A DNA stretch of 64,000 bases from Dimorphilus gyrociliatus (Eukaryota > Animalia > Annelida), in assembly GCA_904063045.1 (NCBI GenBank), contig CAJFCJ010000007.1, positions 988,819-1,052,818 of the forward strand, written 5' to 3'. The notes under the pieces are model-generated. The model saw only the letters and a program-made list of their open reading frames with translations, did not search any database and had not been told where the DNA came from. This document shows positions 1 through 10,002 of the stretch, one piece after another. Each line of letters begins with the position of its first letter. Position 1 is the first letter of the stretch. A program made the translations under genes and the position numbers.

Positions 1-278
1 TCAATCTATCAAATTTAAAATCGTTCGCATAAAGAAATGAGGCCGTTTCACTCCGTCAGTTATTACATAACAAATGAGCCAGCCATGCCCGCATGCCAGA
101 AGTTTAGTTAATGCATTTTCGCTTTTACGCGTATCACTACTTTGTTTTGCCAGAGGGCATAAATAATTATGCAGTTTCGAATGAAATTTTCAAATACGAA
201 CGGGAAAAAATTTTGAAAAAAAACTTCAAAGAAAATAAAAAAGATCCACTTTCATCTCGAAAAAAGTCGTCTACTTAC

Positions 279-709
279 TTGTGACAGAGAACGCCTAACG
301 ATTTATTCTTCCTATTATGCACCGTATACTTTGACTGCTTTCCTGAGGTTTGACTAATTCCTGCCTCTACTTCGTCCTCAAACAATAGTTCACTCTCAAC
401 AGAGCATTCGTACGAGGAAGAAGTCGAGTCCGTCGTAGAATCCATTGAGTTATCATCAGTGAAAAGCGGTCTGAAGACACTGGACCCTTGCTTCTTTTTC
501 TCCGCTTTCTCGCAACTGACTGCTGCTAATAGTTTTAAATTACAATTAGGAGAAACGGAAGTAGTTTTTATTCTTTCTTTTCTGCTTGGCGTTTTGTCTT
601 TCATTTCCAACATATCACTCCTGTCAATTGAGCCCGATGTGATGGATTCAGAGAATGGCAGTGAACTGAACGATACCATCGTCTCATTAGTCTCTTGTAA
701 TGTTGACAT
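279..709 (-). CDS. E2F7/8: First coding exon of atypical E2F (E2F7/8 family) transcription factor; gene continues beyond the left edge
   Basis: The ORF ends RKNKSLGVLCHK, matching the start of E2F7/8 DNA-binding domain 1 (SRKEKSLGLLCHKF). SPNCNLKLLAAVS resembles the conserved N-terminal PTANLKMLISA motif. The exon ends at a canonical AA|GTAAGT donor (278-273, phase 2), so the ORF-track end at 275 is intronic. An in-frame stop lies about 11 codons upstream of ATG 709. Confidence 0.9.
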
Positions 710-756
710 TTTCGAGTGCCTGTGGGTGTGTTCATGGGTTTAACAAAGAAACCTAA

Positions 757-1076
757 CTGAAAATAGGGGTACGATATGCAAATTAGACACGAACGCCCCC
801 TATCGAGCTGTCCAATACCTCACGACCCTAGCTATTACTATTACCTAACAGTTAGGTAATAGTTTGGGAACGCTTGTGCACTTGTTTGCAACAAATGTAT
901 TTCCTTGTTCCGTATTATAAGAGGCAATGCGCAATTAACTTTGTATACACAAGTTAACAGTGTAAAGCTAAGTAGAAATAGATAGTGGAAATCTAAATGA
1001 GTATTTGTTTTTTATAATTATGCAAAAGCCGATTATCTATAGGCATAAGTTATCACTGGGTTTTAAGTTTACTTAC
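757..1076 (-). other. Probable 5'-UTR intron of the E2F7/8 gene
   Basis: Minus-strand donor AAAT|GTAAGT at 1076-1071 and acceptor CCTATTTTCAG| at 757, 48 nt upstream of the ATG. Confidence 0.5.
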
Positions 1077-1138
1077 ATTTATTCCGAGGTAGCTCTGTAA
1101 TATTATACGTCAACGTTTTTTCAGGACCAAGTGATCAG

Positions 1139-1512
1139 TTTGAAGTGGGCATGAGAAATGACAAAAAACTAAGGACGTTTGAATTTTAACCATAAGGCGG
1201 GCGTTTAAGGTTGTTAACAAAGACCAAACTGTTTGTGCTAAAAATAGAAGCGCCAGACGCCTAGAATTGGCGCCATTTTCGAGGAAACCGTTTAATTTTG
1301 AATTGGCGTGTGGGGGTTTATAGCCCCTATTCAACCATGGCATTAACATGTTGAAGCTAACAAAGACAATGAGCCACCTGACAACGTGTTAGCTAATCTT
1401 AGGTAATTATGGATTAAAATTTAGAGTCAAGGAAGCTTGAATTCTTAAGAATAGTGCGGGAAAACGCCTACTTATAAAAAACAAGTTCACAAACGTTTTA
1501 ATTCTGGCGCCA
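1139..1512. promoter_or_regulatory. Cell-cycle-type promoter of E2F7/8: E2F sites plus CHR-like TTTGAA elements
   Basis: TTGGCGCCA 1267-1275, GCGGGAAAA 1456-1464 (reverse of TTTCCCGC), TGGCGCCA 1505-1512; TTTGAA at 1139, 1178 and about 1297. All lie just upstream of the inferred 5'-UTR exon. Confidence 0.55.
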
Positions 1513-1879
1513 AGGAGTGGCTTAACCGTCAAAAATTGGCCTGTTCAAAGTACAAGAATCGACAGAATCAAATCATTGCGTTATAAGACAAATAGATATC
1601 ATTTATCACACAAAATTCTATACATTAATAAATAATTGAATTGCTTGAAAATCAGTTACATCTATTGATTCAAAAAACTAGTTATTTAACCGACGAAACG
1701 GAACGTTTTTGATAGGATTTCTGGTAGTCATAGAAAAAGGAATTTTTTTTTAAATTTCTTTCATTCGCAATAATTTATTGGACAGATTTATAGATGAGAG
1801 AATATATTGTTACCTTGTTTAGCTATATGTTCATACTGATCAAGTTGAAAAAAGGTTTTCTTGATTTTTCTCACTCTTT

Positions 1880-2290
1880 TCGATCCAAAAGTGCCGATTG
1901 CGCGCTCTAGTTTCACGCAGACTGGTATATGCTTCCGCACAATCTGTGATGTACCGTTTTACGTCACGTGCCGAATAACACAACAAATAAACTCTTTTCT
2001 TACAAAATTTGTCTAACTCATTCCAATTTGAGTAGATTAAATATTCCTGAATTTTAAAGGCTTTATTTTACAATCAAAAAGAAAATAAATTACCCCCATT
2101 GAAACTTCAAATGAGGCATTAAGATGATATTACTTAATATTCAATTGAGCTATATAATTTTTTAGATATCTTCATTTACTGGAAGTGTTAATAGGATAAA
2201 ACTTTCACTTGATAAATATAACATTTTAAAACAATAGATGACACATGGTTACGTCCTCTGTTCACTTCCGCGAATATCGAAAATGGCGGT
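1880..2290 (+). promoter_or_regulatory. Promoter-like CpG-enriched patches (E-box/CRE, ETS, YY1 motifs)
   Basis: ACGTCACGTG about 1961-1970, CACTTCCG 2263-2270 (ETS), AAAATGGCGG 2280-2289 (YY1-like). Upstream of the 3008 exon and the Y-box gene. Confidence 0.35.
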
Positions 2291-3007
2291 ACTGAAAAGT
2301 TACAATAATTAGTAATTAAAAGTTTTACAAATACTACTCATGAGAAAATTAGTCGTATTTTTTTGCCCAAATTCGCAGAAATTTATCTCCTTTTTATCTG
2401 CATTAACTTTTATTTTAAATCAACCGCTCTATGAAGTTTTTTTTGTCTAATTCTTTAATTTCGTTTATCTTTTTATGTTATTATGTATGACAAGCTCTCT
2501 AATTGCATACACCTCTGATTTTGATTTCTGAAACACGACAAAAAAACAATTTGTTTTTCTTTTATTATAAAAAGAACAATTTTCAGAGTAATTTTTATTA
2601 TAATTGTTTTTAATTATAAATAACAAGCGAAATGGTAGTACTCTTTCCCAGCTTAATTTATAATTAGATTATTTCTATGAACGCATTTCTGTATACATAT
2701 ATATAACAAGTAATAAAAGTATAAACCCTTGCTTATTAATATAATATTCATTGACAGTCAATTATAATGCAGGCTATGTAGATATCAGCGCCATCTTGCG
2801 CCTACAGCACACTCGAAGCTTGGCAATTTGCAGTAGGCTTATACAAGCCGACTATACGTTCCATCTAACTATCCGCTTTATTATACGTGCAAACTTTTTA
2901 TTTTTATTTTCCTAAGGATTTCTAACTCAGGAAGTACTTTGCTCGTCAAGGATGCTCTGTTAATTTATTCTAATTTCTAAACGGAAATAATTAACGCGAT
3001 TTCTGTC

Positions 3008-3169
3008 ATGACTTCCAAGTTAAAGCCACCTAAGCATAGTAACAGACTAAAGTCACGCTATAAGGAGAAGGTGAAGGATGGTAAATTATTTTCAAGAAGG
3101 ATAAGAGAACAGTACTTACGTAAGAGTGAAGATGACGAAGATGAGCTTTCCGTCGAGGACACCATAAAG
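3008..3169 (+). CDS. Putative first coding exon of an unidentified small gene (basic then acidic, 54 aa)
   Basis: ATG with upstream in-frame stop, protein-like sequence MTSKLKPPKH...REQYLRKSEDDEDELSVEDTIK, ending at a strong phase-0 donor AAG|GTAAGT (3170). Downstream exon not resolved; phase-0 acceptors at 3453 and 4122 would each give a 70-75 aa product. Confidence 0.45.
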
Positions 3170-3684
3170 GTAAGTAAATTTGCAATTAAGTAGAATTTTA
3201 ATATATGTATGAGGGATCAAAAATTTTCAAACTCTGTAAAATATCGAATATATACGAATGTCACAATGAGTAGTTGTGAATTTAATATGCTTAGAAAAAG
3301 GTTAGCATAGGTTAGGTAAGATAATCTGCGATTGTTACTCCACTGTAGCGCATAGTATGATAATAGAAACGTTTGAACTTTAATTTTTCTTAAACTATAA
3401 GAGCAATATTATAAACGAGACATAATAAATGTTTGCGTCTGTGTATTGTCAGCAAACATATCAATCTTTCTCTTCTCCGTCTTTTAACGGCAAACGCGCC
3501 TGACATCGGTCGAAGCCTTCATCACCTAAACTATTACTTGTTGTAAATGTGAAAAATGCCATTAGTTTGGCCCTACTTGCGTAGTTGTCTAAATATATAA
3601 ATGCTTTGCATATGGCATATTAAGCATATACGAATATGCATATAAAGTACATTTATAATCATATAAATATACTGTAGATACATT

Positions 3685-3750
3685 TATATATATATATATA
3701 TATATTGTATGTAAGTTATATATATATATATATATATATACTAATATATA
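3685..3750. repeat. (TA)n microsatellites
   Basis: Two TA runs of about 20-24 nt; source of the spurious 3589-3804 ORF. Confidence 0.9.
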
Positions 3751-4629
3751 TATGTGTATGATATACATATTTACTGTATATATACTGTATTTATCCGCGT
3801 TCATATTAAGTTTCTATCAGTCTGTGTGTGTGCGCATGTTTACGCGTATATTTTATACGAATGAAACTATACACAACACTTCTTGCTAGATTTAATTTTG
3901 CCTATTTTAACCTGACTATTAGCGTTATGTAGTGTTTTCTGTAATAGAAATATACGTGTCGTCTTAAGTAATTTATCGCAAGCTATGCCAAATGCTATGG
4001 TATAAGTGCGCGTGCAGTCTGAGTAAATTTGCTATATGATTTTTATTTTTCTCCTTCTCTCACTCTTACTTTCACTCCGCCGCCACCCCCCGCCCCCTCC
4101 CCGTCTCTCTCTCATTCTCAGTCTATATCGGACGAACGGACTCGTTCTCTTCTGAATAATATTCACGTAGCAACTAAACACAGATAATTATCTTATAAAT
4201 CTCTTGAGGAACAGAGTAAAATACAAAGGCTGTTTACTAGGGTGTTTAGTAATTTTTCCGTTTCGAAATGGTCATCTCATATAATTTTAGATAAAAAAGG
4301 TTTGCCAGAGTCTAGTAACGAAATTCTATAATACGGTGTAATAAAAGTATGCGCGGCGTCGCCTTAAGTAATATTGCAGTTCATTACTGGGTGTCTGTCA
4401 AGTTTTGCAGTATGTCGGAGGCAATAAAAAAATGAGTCACACGCGTTACACGCCTGTAAGTATATGGTAATGAAATTTTTGCACCATTCTAAGGGCAATT
4501 AGTGGCCAATGAACGCTTTTTTCGGCTCGAATGCATCTTCTTATGACTCATCTTTTTTTGAATTGTACGTTACGCTCCTTGAGAAAGAATGACATAACTC
4601 AACATTTTTAAATTTACATTATTGTCGAA

Positions 4630-5487
4630 ATGGAAGCTGTCATGAACTCGGAGAAGCTTTTGAAAGAGAAAGTTCTCGTTTCCGCAGAGACGCAAACAAC
4701 GGAATCTGAGATGATTGCAACTGCCTTGAAATCAAGGAATGGGGCCGGAGATGCAGTGAAGAACAAAAATTATTTAGCCATGTCCGTTAAAGGGACCGTT
4801 AAATGGTTTAACGTAAAAAACGGTTATGGGTTTTTGACTAGAGATGATGACGGTCAAGACGTATTCATTCATCAAACCGCTATAATTCGAAATAACCCGC
4901 GAAAGTTACTTAGAAGCGTCGGAGACGGCGAAAAAGTTGAGTTTGATGTTGTTGTGGGTTTAAAAGGCGTTGAAGCGGCAAATGTTACAGGCCCAGAGGG
5001 TAGACCGGTCATAGGTTCTCAACATGCTCCTGAGAAAGAAGGAAGACGACCTTTATACAGACAACCCATGTCTGGCTATCGAAGCCACTCAGCGTACGTC
5101 AATCGCAAATGGTGGCGTTCACCATCAAAGCGTTATGAATCTGATGAATCGGAAGCGTCAAGACGAAGGGGTCGTCGAACAATTTACAAAACGATACATC
5201 CCGAAAGAGAGGTAAGTACCACCGAAGAAATTTCAACTCCAGAAACGTCACCACCAAAGACAAAGACTAGACATCAAATCAAAAAGACAAGTTCGGGTAA
5301 TGTTACAAGTTATTCAAAAGGAGGCTTTAGATTCCCATACCGTAGTAGATCGGCTGCTTTTTATGATTATGATGGTTACCATTTCTATCCGCCACATAGT
5401 CGACGCCAGTTTTACTACAGTCCGTCGACTTATCGACGTCCCCAAAGCGTTTATTGCCCGAATCTTCAACAGTCTACCCGCTATTAA
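4630..5487 (+). CDS. YBX: Y-box / cold-shock-domain RNA-binding protein, intronless, 285 aa
   Basis: Canonical Y-box CSD: [65 protein letters not shown], followed by an Arg/Tyr-rich tail. Single uninterrupted ORF. Confidence 0.92.
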   Translation: MEAVMNSEKLLKEKVLVSAETQTTESEMIATALKSRNGAGDAVKNKNYLAMSVKGTVKWFNVKNGYGFLTRDDDGQDVFIHQTAIIRNNPRKLLRSVGDGEKVEFDVVVGLKGVEAANVTGPEGRPVIGSQHAPEKEGRRPLYRQPMSGYRSHSAYVNRKWWRSPSKRYESDESEASRRRGRRTIYKTIHPEREVSTTEEISTPETSPPKTKTRHQIKKTSSGNVTSYSKGGFRFPYRSRSAAFYDYDGYHFYPPHSRRQFYYSPSTYRRPQSVYCPNLQQSTRY

Positions 5488-7109
5488 GGGGCGTATTTTT
5501 CAGAAAAGTATGAATAGTGAAAATGATAGTTGAAAGGATGAGAATGAGAGAAATTATTCATTCGTCAAATTTTTCGTCAATCTTAACGGAGATGGCTAAT
5601 GTTTATTGAGGGGAAATGTCATTGCAATTACTAGCACCGACTTTGTCAACTCATACGTATGCATGTGTGCGTGTTTAGATGGATATTTTGATTTTTATAG
5701 CTTGATATTCTCTTTATAATTCTATATTAAATTTCTGGTGTAAACCCGATTAATTGTTTCGTAAATTGTGAAAAGGAAGAGAGAGTTTTCACTTGATTTA
5801 AAACGTCAATTCTTTTTTCTCTTGTTATTAAAGTTTCACTAAGAAAAATGATTCGATAATGTACTTTCTTCCGCGACAAAAAACATCTGCTCTTCCCTAT
5901 GAAACGGATATTTATAAGGGCACAGCTTAAATAAACTCTGTTTTCTACTCATAACTTGTCAGACATTTTTACATCAATTTACATCGATTACGTTTTTTTT
6001 TCTATGGTTCCAACAGCCCGTATAAGATTAATAAGGTTAATGATTTTGGACGTATTGATGAATTATTCCTGTAAATGTTTGAAGCTAAAGATACAGATAT
6101 ATATATATAGAAAGATTCATCTTGGTGTTTATCTATACAGAATGAATTTTTTATATAAATATTCTTCTCTTTTATCACTTTTTATTTACATATCGCTGTA
6201 AATTTTTTAAAGTTTATCATTTTTTACGTTACGTACTTATTTAGTAAAAGAGCATGATTATAAATCTATGCATTTTTTACGCTACATTACGATAAAAATT
6301 GTTAAAAAATGCATTTTTTATTGGCTCTCCACCGGAGAAAAGGTATAAGAATATAGGACTACGCTGAGGAAGCAACTATTGAACGCTTTCTAATTACAAA
6401 AATTGATTATGGGAGTAATTACCAAATTGTTGCTCTATAATTTAATATTACATGGTGCTCTTCTTACCGATGCTATATCTTTATGATATCTGTGCCTATG
6501 TAGAATAAAAACGGAAAATATGTTAATTATTGTACACTACAATTATTCTTATACGGAATAAGGAAATTAATGAAATAAAAACTCGATCAATTTACGGGCT
6601 AGTCAAATATTGGAAGGAAAACCACGATATTTCATTGCTAAATGAAAGTGATTTAATTACTGATAACGAGAATGACATGCATTTGATTATACGCAATAAT
6701 TAACAGAAATGTGGCCTTTTTAACACCTAGGCTTTGATTAATTACGGAATTGCTCTTTGCAATCTTTACCTTTCTATTAGTAAACGGTTCCGTCAGGATG
6801 ATATACAATGATTAATTAGGCCGAGTAGCTGGAATGTCAAAATAGGCGTTTATTTACGTTAGAGAGGTAGGTGTTATTGAGCTGAAGGTTCAAGATAATG
6901 CTTTGTATTATATAAAATAAAGATAACTCTTTCTTCTTCCTCTTCATGTCAATGTGACAAAGTGTCAAGTAGAAATAAGCCTTTAACGCCCAAAATAGGC
7001 CGAAGGAAACTAACCAATAACGTTAGCTTAATGAAGTTTTGAAGATGGTCTGTAACCTGACTAAGTCAATTTTCATCAATCGGGAAATTGTATAATGAAT
7101 ACCCGGTTT

Positions 7110-8255
7110 TTAGAGCTATTTATGTTTAACTAATAGACCATGTATTTAAGGTAAACAATCTCCTTCATTCAACCATGTATAAGCAAGATTACAGTATTGT
7201 TGCAGCTGTTAACGTTTCACACCCGAAAGAAGGGAAATTTTCAACTCTTTTTTTTTCCACGAAAAAAAAGAAATAGTTTTTCAATCGAAATTTAAAACCA
7301 ATAAGCTCGCTAATAGTATGTGAACATTGTCACATGTTCGACTTACAGTTAGAATGGTAGACGTGGTCAACCGTTGTGATAACGGCTGCATATTACATTC
7401 CTTGTTTTTCTATTCTTCTCTACTCCCCTACCAGCTTTGTTTGTCTATAATCGTCTTTTTTTATCCCCCATACCCATACCCTTCCGTCTATCTTTCTAAC
7501 GTTACGGTGTGCACTTTCCCCCTCGCCCCCCGTTTCCCTAACCTCCTCACCCCCTCCCCTCTCTAACTGTCTCTCTCTCTCTCTCTCTTTCTCTATGGCC
7601 CCAACCCCCTGCCCTCACCCCCTCCTCTCTCTCTCTCTATTTACCGACTATCGTCGTGCCAGTTACGTTAGCCGAGATAGACACTCCATTTTCGAGGATC
7701 GTCTTTAACTAGCATAAACTTGATATATAAACGTAACGTTGTATAGGTAGATCTATAAAATGCTCGGTTAGAGACGGGGAAGAAGAAGAAAAAGTGGGCA
7801 ATAGAATACCGTACGTACAATAGAGAGATAAAGAGGAGAAAAAGAAAAGAAACAAAAGAATGCGATAGTGTTGCATAATGAAAAAGTAAAAGCGATAAAA
7901 ATTTGTTATAGAATTATAGAACAATGACGCGTTGTTTTACAGATAATAATTAGAAGCAGAGACAAATTATTCGTTCAACAATTAACTTCGTTCCGTCTAG
8001 AGCCTTCGGGCTGCCAGAAAACACCCGATTCCTATCTACTAACGTACTGTTTATTTAAACTTCTCTTTTCAAGCGTTAAAGGCCGATAGCCGAGAAACAG
8101 TTGGCTCTGTTATTTCTTTAAGACTAGAAAGAGGAAATAATAGAGGATGAGGGGGAGAGTATAACGGTCTTATTTAACTACTGGTCCTTTTTTTAGCAAC
8201 ATTCCTACTTAAGGACTCTATTAATGGAGCTAAGGAGTCATTTTCTTAAAATATT
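7110..8255 (+). repeat. Arm A of an inverted segmental duplication (near-identical core 7650-8073)
   Basis: Reverse complement of about 14460-15520. The core 7650-8073 matches 14600-15023 (both 424 bp) with one visible mismatch; the ORF track gives the same 71-aa translation at 7709-7924(-) and 14749-14964(+). Flanks on both sides align at roughly 70-85% by eye. Confidence 0.95.
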
Positions 8256-9168
8256 TACTGCCAAGTAGGCCTGGAGTAAATTTTTCATTTGCAAATTTTG
8301 TTTTTAATAAATTCCGTTGAGTGTATCAAAGTTTTTTTAAACTCTAGATAAAATTAACGGATTACAGTTGCTCTTAAACATAGGCAATTATTGAGGGAAT
8401 ATGATATGTAGATGAACGATATTTCTTTAGATAAGCTGGTAAGAGCTTTAAGCGAATCCATCAACGATCATAATGAGAGATGTAATTGGTATTTGAACTT
8501 CTTTTGAGTTTAGCTGGTGAAGTAATGGACTAACATATGCAGAGGGTTAATCATTCAATGTTATTCATATACTTGCTTCAGCTATTTTTATTATTTTTTG
8601 CAAACATTTGCTAACATTAATTATCCTGTCGTTTTTTTTGTGTAACGTGTATTGTACACTGTTTAGAATAGAAAAGTAAAACAGACCTATATCGAGTACA
8701 TCCGAAATTTATCATTCCGCCTCCAATACTTTAATAGGGTGCAGAAGGGGCTACGCCCAAAAGACGCTGCTAAGACGTCGATAAACCGATAGAAAAAAAA
8801 GAGGTAGGGTACGGGCAAAATTATCGTGGTCATTAAAAAATCGTTTGCTTTGGACTAAAAAATTCAATTACCTTATAAGGACATTTATAAGACCACTGCA
8901 GTTTTTTTTTTAATTCTAAACCAAACTGTTTTTAAAATTACCGCTTAACTACATTATTTCGTCAGATGTAATTTAAATTATTTGAAATCGTTAAAGCTCA
9001 ATTATTATTTGAGTGATATAATTGCGATACTCTTATCCGATAACGTCCTCTTGAATAACAAGATTTCGAATGAAGATAAATTAAGTAGTGGGAATATAGA
9101 GTGTAGATAAAATAGATTCAAAACAATTATTACTCATACAAAGGGATCAAAGAGCAGTTTGGGGCAGT

Positions 9169-10002
9169 ATGGCAAAAAGTAAACAAGAGTTAATGACTAG
9201 GGGTCCCAGAACAAGGGGTAAAGTGTCACAATTCCACCAACAAACCCAATTACCACAAGTAACACAGCCACACCCGCAACAAAAAGCTGTGAAAGAAAAG
9301 AAAAAAAGATTATCCAAAGAGCATAGTCATCATAAGAAAAAACAATCCCTAGACTCTCATAATTCTGATAATTCTGAAAAGTCTAACAATTCCGACTCGG
9401 GAAGTAAAGAATCAGGTGAACATAAATCCGAATCCGCGTCCCATTCGGATCCTGAATCTCATTCAGAATCTATAGCGAAGAAAAAGAGTCGTAAAAAAAG
9501 GAAGAAATCTCATAAATTGCAAAAGCAGCATCGAAAAGAGAAAAGTGCGAAGAAGAAAGAAAAGAAACGTGTCACTGAAGTAGTAAATGACGACGAAAAG
9601 GCTGTAAAAAAGAAGAGGAAGAGAAGATATAAAGATGGAGGGGGTGACGATTTATTTGGGGGACATGTGGGAGATGTACAAGGAATAATGAGAGTTACTG
9701 GGGGAGCAGGTGAAGGTGTTAGCGACAATAGATCAGGAGAAGAGGCACTCTGTGTCCTAACAGAGGCAGATGTAAAAACTATTGAAGAGAAGTCGGCTTT
9801 CGTCACAGAATGCCCTGGCTGTCATTCAACGATTCGAACAAACATTCAGCACGATGTTGAAAGTGATTCATTCGCTGTCATAGCCGCTTTATCAATTTGT
9901 TGCCTATGTTTTATTCCATTCTTATTTAAGGATTGTCAAACAGTTAGTCATTATTGCCCAGAGTGTCACCAAAAGATAAGCAAATCCAAACCTTTCTGCT
10001 AA
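9169..10002 (+). CDS. LITAF/CDIP1-family zinc-binding domain protein with long Lys/His/Ser-rich N-terminus, intronless, 277 aa
   Basis: C-terminal TECPGCHSTIRT...hydrophobic stretch (FAVIAALSICCLCFIPFLF)...VSHYCPECHQKI is the LITAF CxxC-hydrophobic-HxCxxC signature. Confidence 0.88.
   Translation: MAKSKQELMTRGPRTRGKVSQFHQQTQLPQVTQPHPQQKAVKEKKKRLSKEHSHHKKKQSLDSHNSDNSEKSNNSDSGSKESGEHKSESASHSDPESHSESIAKKKSRKKRKKSHKLQKQHRKEKSAKKKEKKRVTEVVNDDEKAVKKKRKRRYKDGGGDDLFGGHVGDVQGIMRVTGGAGEGVSDNRSGEEALCVLTEADVKTIEEKSAFVTECPGCHSTIRTNIQHDVESDSFAVIAALSICCLCFIPFLFKDCQTVSHYCPECHQKISKSKPFC

Noticed and set aside
459-743. 94-aa + ORF (also 5024-5215, 5300-5533, 9510-9806, 44072-44254, 47152-47382, 47413-47670, 48652-48951, 52905-53102, 60607-60789, 61057-61251)
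   Set aside because: Antisense or alternate-frame shadows of real coding exons; no independent signals.
3589-3804. Y/I-rich ORFs (also 19710-19938, 26705-26902, 23820-24059 and similar)
   Set aside because: Products of TA/CT microsatellites and AT-rich low-complexity DNA.
7709-7924. Identical 71-aa ORF in both arms (also 14749-14964)
   Set aside because: F/L/Y/S-rich translation of a pyrimidine tract; identity reflects the DNA duplication, not protein constraint.
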